Virus record (IMG/VR): IMGVR_UViG_3300012147_000006
Span: 64,001 to 128,000 of that record
Direction: 5' to 3' (one strand)
Source of the DNA: a virus
DNA: 64,000 bases
Part shown: positions 55,787 to 64,000 of the stretch, piece after piece
Layout of the letters: every line of letters starts with the position of its first letter
How positions within the stretch are numbered: the stretch's first letter is position 1
Notes under the pieces: model-generated
Database searches by the model: none
The model's input: the letters and a program-made list of their open reading frames with translations, nothing else
Told to the model about the DNA's origin: nothing
Made by a program: the position numbers and the translations under genes

Positions 55787-56926
55787 TTAGGAAATGGAAA
55801 ATAGCTTGAAATATTCTTCTGTAGTAATTTCAGGCTTGTCAAGACTCTTTATAAACTCTATTTTTGTTTTGATGAACTCGACATCTTTCTTTACCATCAT
55901 AGCCTCTTCGAACTCTTCGTTATTAGATAGTGAGTCCATTTTTTTAGAAAGAAACTTGCTCAACTCTTCGGCTTCGTATTCTATATCTCCAGTTGCAATA
56001 AATTTATTACCTTCATAGACTGATTCTGTCTTAATTTTTTCAGACAACTTAATCAACCTATCATATCCCATTCTATTTGTCTCAAAAACAATTGATTGGT
56101 CTGGTTTAAGGTGTTTTTTTACTTCAGCAAGTTTATATGGAAACTTTGTTTCCTTAAGAATCATAGAGTCACCCTTTTCAAGTCTTTTTTGATACTTAAA
56201 GAATCCACTATAAAGTATTCCAACTTCTTTTAGCAAGTCACCTTGGTTCTTGCAGCTTGTGAACACAATTGAGTTTGGACTATTTGGGTCTTTTACTCTT
56301 TCGAATTCTGACTCAACTATTTTTATATAATTTCTATCATCATAATCCTCAGAATCTTTAAAGTCTCCTCCGAACTGGATTATAGGGCTTCCCGTTTGGT
56401 TAAACCCAAACTCCAAGAATAGATAAAAATACAAAGTAACTTTTTCTCTTAATTCAGGCTCTTTGTATTTAAACTTAAACAATTCGCTTTTTGATGCTAT
56501 AAGTTCATTTTTTGTACTTTCTCCTATTGGAGCATCACTTATTTCTTTGTCAAAATCCCCTTCTCCATAAATAAACTCCAGGTTGTTGTGCGCTATTTTG
56601 TCTGTCTCTGCCTTTAGATTGTTCAAATCCTTTACAACACTAACCTCCAACTCTCTACTATAGTTGAGCCCAAGGTTTTCGAGATTATCTCTCATTTCCA
56701 TTATAGTTGAGACAGTTGAATTGTTGGAAGATTCAAATTGAAGACTGCTTGTTTCAGTATATCCAAATTTTTCGAGTATCTCCTTTATGTCTTTATAACT
56801 TTTGTTTTTTACAACGCTTCTATTAAGAGTGTTGCTTCCATTTTTTGTAATAAATATCATATTCCTTCCACCGCTTGCAAAAGGATTTGGTATGATACAG
56901 AAATCTAAATCTACGTCTTTATTCAT
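55787..56926 (-). CDS. Hypothetical protein with C-terminal UVR-like motif
   Basis: Long ORF; NEEFEEAMMVK. Confidence 0.8.
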   Translation of the reverse strand: MNKDVDLDFCIIPNPFASGGRNMIFITKNGSNTLNRSVVKNKSYKDIKEILEKFGYTETSSLQFESSNNSTVSTIMEMRDNLENLGLNYSRELEVSVVKDLNNLKAETDKIAHNNLEFIYGEGDFDKEISDAPIGESTKNELIASKSELFKFKYKEPELREKVTLYFYLFLEFGFNQTGSPIIQFGGDFKDSEDYDDRNYIKIVESEFERVKDPNSPNSIVFTSCKNQGDLLKEVGILYSGFFKYQKRLEKGDSMILKETKFPYKLAEVKKHLKPDQSIVFETNRMGYDRLIKLSEKIKTESVYEGNKFIATGDIEYEAEELSKFLSKKMDSLSNNEEFEEAMMVKKDVEFIKTKIEFIKSLDKPEITTEEYFKLFSIS

Positions 56927-56981
56927 ATAGGCTTTTATTATAAATAGTTTATAAATAATTTGACATTTTTGTCACATATTT

Positions 56982-57586
<605 letters not shown>

Positions 57587-57587
<1 letters not shown>

Positions 57588-57838
57588 TGAATTTATCAGA
57601 AGAAGACGAAATAAGAGCAATGGTTAGAGAAATGCTTGCTGGAGGAATCAAAGAATATGACGCATTGTATTCCAAAGAAAAAGAATGGAAGCAGGAGTCT
57701 AAAGAGCTTAGAGTCTTACTTGTTGACTTGCTTAAAAATATTGAGAATGATGATTACAAAGAGGGTGTCAGCAAAATAGACACCGTTGTTCACAAGCTAA
57801 ATACTTGGAAAAGGAAAATCGAAAAATTTATTGACTAA
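57587..57838 (+). CDS. Hypothetical protein
   Basis: TAATG coupling. Confidence 0.7.
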
Positions 57839-57856
57839 TACCTAAAAAATAACAAA

Positions 57857-57970
57857 ATGAAAGACGTGAAAGAAACCTGTACTTGCAAATGCAAGGAATG
57901 CGAAAAAGATAGCTGTAAAAATTGCTCTTGCAAATCATGCAAGTGTGACGGATGTGCTTGTGACAAATAA
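57857..57970 (+). CDS. Metallothionein-like peptide (37 aa, 11 Cys)
   Basis: Read manually: MKDVKETCTCKCKECEKDSCKNCSCKSCKCDGCACDK*; A-rich leader. Confidence 0.7.
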   Translation: MKDVKETCTCKCKECEKDSCKNCSCKSCKCDGCACDK

Positions 57971-57973
57971 AAG

Positions 57974-58867
57974 TTAATTAACTTTATAAACATGTAGTTC
58001 AGGCTGGCTCATCAAAATGTTGCTCCAGTTGTTATCATCTAACTTATCGAATTTACAATGAGCCAGGAATTTTCCTGGCTTTTCTATTAACAGCTTCTCC
58101 CAGCCAAATGGAGATATTTTATTAATATCCCTATCAAGAACAAGATAAGACAAATCAGGTTCTTCAAACATACAACAAAGCCTTATTGAATAGAATATGT
58201 CGCCAGAAAGGAACTTTTTAAAATTGCAGTAACTAAGCATCTCTGGCCTAATAGATAAAAGATTAATCCAATCTATGCTTGTTAAAGCGTTTATGTCTAA
58301 AAGGTCTAAGCTTTCTTTGCCTGTGTGAGCCAATATTTCAGAAATCTGGTATCCTTTTAATAATTTATAACTTACCTGTTTAATAATGTTTCTGTCGTAA
58401 TTATATCCTTTAATGATATTCATCGACTCTTTGAAGTTAAACTTGTAATTAGAAAGTTTTATATTGTCAAGAAAATATTTCTCCCCCAAAGAAAGAACTA
58501 CTGCAGCTTCAGATGTGGTTATTTTATTGAGGTCAATTTTAAATTTCTCAACATATTCAGGCTTTCTCTTGAGAAGGTGGATTAAGTGCTTGATTTTGTA
58601 GTCATATTTCTCAATACTTACCTTTTTCATTATGTCAGCATCATTGTCGAGGCATCTAATTAGAATTCTAATCATCTTCATTTTATCAATCTTATCCCAT
58701 CTAACAACTTTTCTAACCTCTTCATTTTCAGATATGACTCTATCTGGCACCTGGTTGTAATTAACATTATTCGCCAAATGTTTCAATATTGAACTTGGAA
58801 TCTCGTCCCAGTGCCAACTGAATATATCAGTTATCAAAGCGTCTGCTGTAATTGAAATTACATTCAT
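57974..58867 (-). CDS. Helical-repeat hypothetical protein
   Basis: Repeated L..(D)W..LL..(R/K/Q)P units. Confidence 0.8.
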   Translation of the reverse strand: MNVISITADALITDIFSWHWDEIPSSILKHLANNVNYNQVPDRVISENEEVRKVVRWDKIDKMKMIRILIRCLDNDADIMKKVSIEKYDYKIKHLIHLLKRKPEYVEKFKIDLNKITTSEAAVVLSLGEKYFLDNIKLSNYKFNFKESMNIIKGYNYDRNIIKQVSYKLLKGYQISEILAHTGKESLDLLDINALTSIDWINLLSIRPEMLSYCNFKKFLSGDIFYSIRLCCMFEEPDLSYLVLDRDINKISPFGWEKLLIEKPGKFLAHCKFDKLDDNNWSNILMSQPELHVYKVN

Positions 58868-58903
58868 AATTGATTTTAAGTATTTATTTTCTTATTTTTC
58901 CAC

Positions 58904-59428
58904 ATGGACAATAACATACCCATAAAAATATACAACAAAGATGGAAAAATAAAGCTATCCGTTAAGTATTCTAAAGTCACCAAGACTATTAGTACATATA
59001 AATACAATGGAGAAAGTGTTGACACACATCATCTTACAGTTGATGTTCGTGAGGCTATGGATAAATTGTTACTTGAGTACTCGGAATCAAATTATAATCC
59101 AGCAAGGCTTAGTAGAAAAAGCCCACTTAGCCCTTATCACGCATACTATGAAATGACGAGTGAGGTTGGTGGAGTCTTAAAAAAAAGAGTGTCTGTTTCA
59201 AAAAAATCAATTGAGAAAATTGAGATTGCTGGAGACATGGAAGAGGTGAGAACGACAATTAATCTCGATAGTAAAAATGAGTATGAAAAAAGGATTAAGT
59301 ACTTTGAGGGCGAGAGGTATGAGTCAGAATTTAAAAACGGAGAACTATATGATATTGCCTTCAGATTAAAAGAAAATAAAATTAATGAATATTTAAAAAC
59401 ACTACAAGATGGAAAAGAAAAAAATTGA
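58904..59428 (+). CDS. Hypothetical protein
   Basis: ORF. Confidence 0.75.
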   Translation: MDNNIPIKIYNKDGKIKLSVKYSKVTKTISTYKYNGESVDTHHLTVDVREAMDKLLLEYSESNYNPARLSRKSPLSPYHAYYEMTSEVGGVLKKRVSVSKKSIEKIEIAGDMEEVRTTINLDSKNEYEKRIKYFEGERYESEFKNGELYDIAFRLKENKINEYLKTLQDGKEKN

Positions 59429-59723
59429 CATAGAGATGGCGAACATGGTCGGCAAGACTTATTTTGCAATTGCAACTTGGCATAACCAAGATTTTGATAA
59501 CGAGAAAGAAAAACAAGAAGCTTTGAAGCATGTGTCTGCTGAGATTATACAGCAAATACTTGAAGATACATTCCTTCAGATGGATGGTGTTGTAGACACA
59601 GAAGCTAAAGACGTTAGTCACAGCGTTCCTGCAAAAACAATTAACCAAACATCAGGAGGTACAGGAAAGATGTTTGCTCCTACTGAGGACCCAATAATAA
59701 GAGCTCTAAGAGAAAATAGATAA
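59409..59723 (+). CDS. Hypothetical protein
   Basis: ORF in operon. Confidence 0.7.
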   Translation: MEKKKIDIEMANMVGKTYFAIATWHNQDFDNEKEKQEALKHVSAEIIQQILEDTFLQMDGVVDTEAKDVSHSVPAKTINQTSGGTGKMFAPTEDPIIRALRENR

Positions 59724-59727
59724 TATC

Positions 59728-60612
59728 ATGATAACTATATTCAAAAATATAATAAAGTTCATTACAGACCCTAAAAACACTCGAATGATAATGTTGGGCG
59801 TTATTGTTGTAGTATTATTGTTGTTCTTGCAACAGTGCAATAGAACGCAACACTTTAAAGACCAGGTTGAGCTTGAGAAACAGGAAACAAAAAGAGTTAC
59901 AAATAACTACGAAGCTGCAATGGACACAATTGTTCAAGGCAAAGCAGATGAGAATACGTGGAGAGCTGAAAAAGCGGGATATGAATTAACTCTTGATGAA
60001 CTTGAAGGCAAATATTCTGACCTTCTTGGCGACTTCAAGGTTGAGAAAAATAAGCCACCAAAAGTTATCATAAAAACAGAGTACGTAATAAACGAAGTTA
60101 TAAACAATGTTCCAGTATATGTTGAGATTGATAGTTTTGGAAATACGGTTATGGCATTTAATGACAGCACATACCACGACTCTACAATGACTAATTATAG
60201 ATTTTTAAGCGGAAGGATTCCATATAAGATTGTGTTCGACCCATCTGACTCTCTTTATAAAGCAGTTCCAGATTTTGGCACATTTGACCTTACACTGGGA
60301 ATGAACCTTAACTTAGGGTTATTCCAAGATAAGAAAACAAGAAAGATTAGCATAATGGCTGACACAGATTATCCTGGAGTTACGTTTACAAACATTGAGG
60401 GAGCCAGCATAATGGATGACCCTGCAAACAAAAAAGTTCTTAGACAAATGCGTAAACCATGGGGGTTAGGACTTAATGTTGGATATGGTGCTATCGTAGA
60501 CATAAAGAGTGGAAACATTTCTACTGGCCCTTATTTCGGAGTAGGCTTAAGTTATACGCCTAAATTTTTACAATGGGGAAATAAAATATCTTTTTTAACT
60601 CTATTTATATAA
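59728..60612 (+). CDS. Membrane-anchored protein, possibly spanin-like
   Basis: N-terminal TM followed by Cys, coiled coil, C-terminal amphipathic strands WGLGLNVGYG..PYFGVGLSY. Confidence 0.6.
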   Translation: MITIFKNIIKFITDPKNTRMIMLGVIVVVLLLFLQQCNRTQHFKDQVELEKQETKRVTNNYEAAMDTIVQGKADENTWRAEKAGYELTLDELEGKYSDLLGDFKVEKNKPPKVIIKTEYVINEVINNVPVYVEIDSFGNTVMAFNDSTYHDSTMTNYRFLSGRIPYKIVFDPSDSLYKAVPDFGTFDLTLGMNLNLGLFQDKKTRKISIMADTDYPGVTFTNIEGASIMDDPANKKVLRQMRKPWGLGLNVGYGAIVDIKSGNISTGPYFGVGLSYTPKFLQWGNKISFLTLFI

Positions 60613-60622
60613 AACAAAACAA

Positions 60623-61162
60623 ATGTATACAGAAAGACTTATTGCAAATATGGCAAAGAAGACTGGGATTGACATTAGCAAGTTCGACATAGAAGAGTTG
60701 GTAATGGGAATGGATGTTGAGTTAGAACACGGAAGTGAAAATCCAGAGACAGACGTAACAGGAGATGACCCAGAAGCTACTTTTAAAATTGTAATATCTC
60801 ACATGCGTGAACTTTCAGATTATTACACAAGATTAAAAAAAATGGAAAAGAAAGAAAACATTAGCGAATACGCAAAAAGAATGAGAGAACTTGCTGGTCT
60901 TTCTGAAGGAAATCAGAACAAAACTCTTAAAACTATTCAAGAAGGGGAATCTTCTTTTGAAGAAGGTCAGACTTTCTACGCAAAAGACATGATGACTTCT
61001 AATGATGTTGTTAAAGAATCTGAAGAAAAGGATGAAGATTTTGAAACTCACAAGTTTGAGCAAAAGACAATCGAAGAAGGCGCAGATGATGCTGAGCTTT
61101 ACAACTTAAATGAAAACACTGTTATTGTACTTGACTTCTTAGAAGACGAGGATAATAAATAA
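60623..61162 (+). CDS. DUF5661-like protein
   Basis: GMDVELEHG..DVTGDDP..KI...H..E..DYYTRL; acidic tail. Confidence 0.65.
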   Translation: MYTERLIANMAKKTGIDISKFDIEELVMGMDVELEHGSENPETDVTGDDPEATFKIVISHMRELSDYYTRLKKMEKKENISEYAKRMRELAGLSEGNQNKTLKTIQEGESSFEEGQTFYAKDMMTSNDVVKESEEKDEDFETHKFEQKTIEEGADDAELYNLNENTVIVLDFLEDEDNK

Positions 61163-61215
61163 AAGATACCTTGGGGCGATAACGGACCCCTATCCTTTAG
61201 GACCGTTATAGTTAC

Positions 61216-61248
61216 AAAAAAAGAGACTTATCGCTAAGTCTCTTTTTC
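61216..61248. terminator. Bidirectional terminator
   Basis: AAAAAGAGACTTA/TAAGTCTCTTTTT between convergent genes. Confidence 0.8.
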
Positions 61249-61271
61249 TTTGTCTAATATTTTCTAATTTC

Positions 61272-61508
61272 TTAGTATCCCTGTGGAGCTTCATCGTTTG
61301 ATGCTCTTGGTGCTTCTGTTACAGACGGTGCTGATACAACCTCTTCAGTTGGAGCTGGAGCTGGAGCTTCTTGGTTTTGAAGTGAGTTAAGGTAAGATAT
61401 GGCTACATAAATGTAGTGAGATTCTTCTAATGAGTATACTCCACCTTTGCTATGTGCAACGTTTACTGCTGAAATTAATGTGTTTAATGCTTCTGCTACT
61501 GAATTCAT
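61272..61508 (-). CDS. Small hypothetical protein
   Basis: ORF with Ala/Pro-rich tail. Confidence 0.75.
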   Translation of the reverse strand: MNSVAEALNTLISAVNVAHSKGGVYSLEESHYIYVAISYLNSLQNQEAPAPAPTEEVVSAPSVTEAPRASNDEAPQGY

Positions 61509-61582
61509 AATTCTAAATTTATAAAGTTTTTATTTAACCAAATATATAAACCTGGTTTTGTAAAATAAATAGTTTTTGTTTT

Positions 61583-61975
61583 TTATTTAACTAAGTCGTT
61601 AATCCAAGAAAACCTATGATTAATGTTCTCAATTATATATTCTGGCAATTTTAGGTTGTGTTGTTTAAATTTAACAGAACCTTCTTTGATTGTGTGTGGG
61701 AACTTATAGTTATACATTCCGTCAAACTCAAATGTAGACTGTCTAAGGTCCTCAAAGTTGTTTTTGCCATAATCATACTCTTCTTCTCCTAAGAACTCGT
61801 GAACACGCTTTAAAGTCTCTACTGGATGCTTTGTAAGATGTTCATACTTAACAATAAGTATTCTATCTCCGTATCCAGTTTCAAATGCGTCATTTAAAAG
61901 CCATACTGGTCTTGCTACAAGTCCTCCATCGTTTATAAATGTATCAACCCTTTTAGATAGAGTGGAGAAAATTAC
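61583..61975 (-). pseudogene. Start-less C-terminal fragment of a sulfotransferase-family protein
   Basis: Open frame ..ILIVKYEHLTKHPVETLKRVHEFLG..HTIK..*; no start codon or N-terminal P-loop. Confidence 0.6.
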
Positions 61976-62273
61976 CTAAAGCTCCAGAAATAAAGTTATT
62001 ATACCCACCTGCAATTGCAGCATACGGTGTGTTTGTTATTGTATTTCCTCTTCCAGCGACAAAAGATTCCTGACCACCCGCAATATTTCCAGTTCCATTA
62101 TTTGCTATAATAGAATTAGTACCAGTTGATGCAGACCACAAGTCTCCACTCGTACTTGTAGTAGCAGTAGTTACTATATTGGTGCCATCAAAAACTAATG
62201 CTTGTCCTGCGATAAGCCCTGTGAAATCATGGTCTGTTGCTCCTGTAAAGCTATGTAGTCTTAAATGGCTCAT
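61953..62273 (-). CDS. N-terminal part of a Gly/Thr-rich virion or fibre-like protein, apparently truncated
   Basis: GQALVFDG, AGRGN/AGGYNN beta-roll-like repeats ending abruptly. Confidence 0.55.
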   Translation of the reverse strand: MSHLRLHSFTGATDHDFTGLIAGQALVFDGTNIVTTATTSTSGDLWSASTGTNSIIANNGTGNIAGGQESFVAGRGNTITNTPYAAIAGGYNNFISGALGNFLHSI

Positions 62274-62301
62274 TTGGTTGTTTTATTATAAATATTATTC
62301 A

Positions 62302-62760
62302 TTAAGTTAATTCTACACTTTTTGTTGTTCCAGTCACTTGATAATTCAAGAAAGTTGTACCACCAGAAGTAGTAAACCACATTGAACCGTCTGCTGGAGC
62401 TGCTGCGTTAACTGGCTCCATTATAAGTTGAGCTACAGATGTAGAAGTTAAACTCATCGTATTTGCGCTTACGTTTGTTGTAAATACAGTATCTCCTGTT
62501 ACAGTTCCACCGCTAAGTGCAAGGAAGTTTCCAGAACCTCCTCCTGTTACAGTTCCCACCGCTAATCCAGAACCTCCTCCTGTTACAGTTCCACCGCTAA
62601 GTGTAAGGAGGTTTCCAGAACCTCCTCCTGTCATAAATACAGTCCAAACGGATTCAATTGCACACTCTAAATTTTTAAAGTTTTGATTCCAAAGATTCCT
62701 ACCTTCATCAGGGTTGTGATAAGGTTGTACTTCAGTTATACCAGTTAAACAATAAGCCAT
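62302..62760 (-). CDS. Gly/Thr-rich putative virion protein with tandem repeats
   Basis: LSGGTVTG and GGGSG repeats; DNA repeat at 62493-62631; TATTTATA upstream. Confidence 0.65.
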   Translation of the reverse strand: MAYCLTGITEVQPYHNPDEGRNLWNQNFKNLECAIESVWTVFMTGGGSGNLLTLSGGTVTGGGSGLAVGTVTGGGSGNFLALSGGTVTGDTVFTTNVSANTMSLTSTSVAQLIMEPVNAAAPADGSMWFTTSGGTTFLNYQVTGTTKSVELT

Positions 62761-62813
62761 TTCTTTTGATTATTTATAGTTTCTCTTATAAATATTCAAA
62801 GAAAACTTTAAGT

Positions 62814-63560
62814 TTATGTTTTTGTAATAAAATTAATGTTTAAAAACTTCAACACTTCTTTGTTTCTAAGATTCTTGTAGTCACTCGCAAATAGGGTATA
62901 TTCAAAAAGCATTTCATTATACTTTGCAACTGGCGATTTATTTCCCTTTCCAAATTTTTGAATTAGCTTTCTCGAATTTACATCAAACTCGATTGTAACG
63001 TGAGGCATGTTATGTTTATCTCTAATAGAGACGATGAGAGATTGTTTGTTTTTAACCTTGCTTTTATAACCTTTTCCACCAACGCAATGGCCCATTATAT
63101 TCCCTTCAAGTTTTAGGTCATTTGCTGTCAATAAATACAAGAAATGTTCTTGGTCTGAAAATCTAAATATAACCCTATCTTCTACGATTGTAGGGATGTC
63201 CATTTTTTCGATTCTATACTTCCTTCTCATCTCATCATGCCACTCTGCTTGCATTTGATATGCCTTATTAAAGTCGCATTGAAATATGTCAGCTTTCGTT
63301 TCTGATGCCCAGTCTACTATTAGTCTAATATCTGTAAGTCTGTCGATTATTTCATGAGATTTTTTCACTTCTTTAGAAATCCAAACATCATATTTGTGTT
63401 TTCTTTTTTCAGCTAATTCATTGTCTTGATTTACGTTGTCTCCAATGAATCCAATAGAGTTTCCAACCTCTGAAATCTTCTTAACTAACTTTTCAGCCTC
63501 TTCTTCTGGAAGTTCGCTAAAAAACGTTTTCTTTATGTATTCCTCTCTTTTAGTTAGCAT
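62814..63560 (-). CDS. PcfJ-like domain protein
   Basis: L..EG..MGHCVGG..Y..IVSIRD..PHVTIE. Confidence 0.75.
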   Translation of the reverse strand: MLTKREEYIKKTFFSELPEEEAEKLVKKISEVGNSIGFIGDNVNQDNELAEKRKHKYDVWISKEVKKSHEIIDRLTDIRLIVDWASETKADIFQCDFNKAYQMQAEWHDEMRRKYRIEKMDIPTIVEDRVIFRFSDQEHFLYLLTANDLKLEGNIMGHCVGGKGYKSKVKNKQSLIVSIRDKHNMPHVTIEFDVNSRKLIQKFGKGNKSPVAKYNEMLFEYTLFASDYKNLRNKEVLKFLNINFITKT

Positions 63561-63831
63561 CTTTGTCTTTTTTTTCTCCTACAATTAATCTTAGATTAAC
63601 AATATCATCAAGTTCTTCTATTTCAAATCTACCAGAATGCTCTTTGGGGTCATCCATTTTGAGGCCGTTAATTTTATGTGTTTTTTTAAAGGTGAAGGTT
63701 TGTGTGTCGTCATCAAGTTCAAAACCAACAATTGTGTAGCATTTCATAATAACTCTCAACTTATGCTGCAGAGTTGACAACTTTCTTTTTTTAAAAGTCC
63801 TTGCGTTTATTTTGAAATCCTTGATTACCAT
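63550..63831 (-). CDS. Hypothetical protein
   Basis: ORF. Confidence 0.7.
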   Translation of the reverse strand: MVIKDFKINARTFKKRKLSTLQHKLRVIMKCYTIVGFELDDDTQTFTFKKTHKINGLKMDDPKEHSGRFEIEELDDIVNLRLIVGEKKDKDAN

Positions 63832-64000
63832 ATTATTATTCTTCTGGCAATAAGTGGTCCCAATTACTTTTTAACACACTAATATCTTGACTACTTACGA
63901 CTTCATAAATTCCTGTCCAACCACCATTAACCATATAGTCTAATTCATCTTCATCATCAGTAATTGATGTGAATCCAGAATAACCCATTTCTGCAACTTG

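Overview
This AT-rich window looks like part of a large lytic phage genome (jumbo/huge-phage type). The probable host is Bacteroidota, because several TTG-N19/20-TAnnTT(T/C)G promoters are present and the leaders are A-rich without Shine-Dalgarno motifs. Bases 1-19.4 kb are an array of about 50 small, mostly unknown genes and several ORF-less units. They are separated by 43 hand-counted copies of a 28-bp element (TGTAAC-N16-GTTATA on the coding strand) that behaves as an ECF-sigma-type promoter and also marks gene boundaries. Bases 19.4-20.2 kb are non-coding and repeat-rich (possible origin or genome terminus). Bases 20.2-22.4 kb are a tandem run of small proteins sharing a C-terminal [DK][HY]C tail. 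The rest encodes nucleotide metabolism (adk, folA, dNMP kinase, and a thyA split into two genes around a GIY-YIG endonuclease) and an NAD+ salvage cluster (pncB, NUDIX, nadD, nadE). It also encodes RNA end-repair enzymes, a CNNM/CorC membrane protein, a kinase-like protein, six free-standing endonucleases, an atypical tRNA-Phe and a metallothionein-like peptide. Four promoter classes can be read from the sequence. Several single-base homopolymer frameshifts and in-frame stops suggest imperfect sequence accuracy. All functional calls come from motif recognition by eye; no database search was run.
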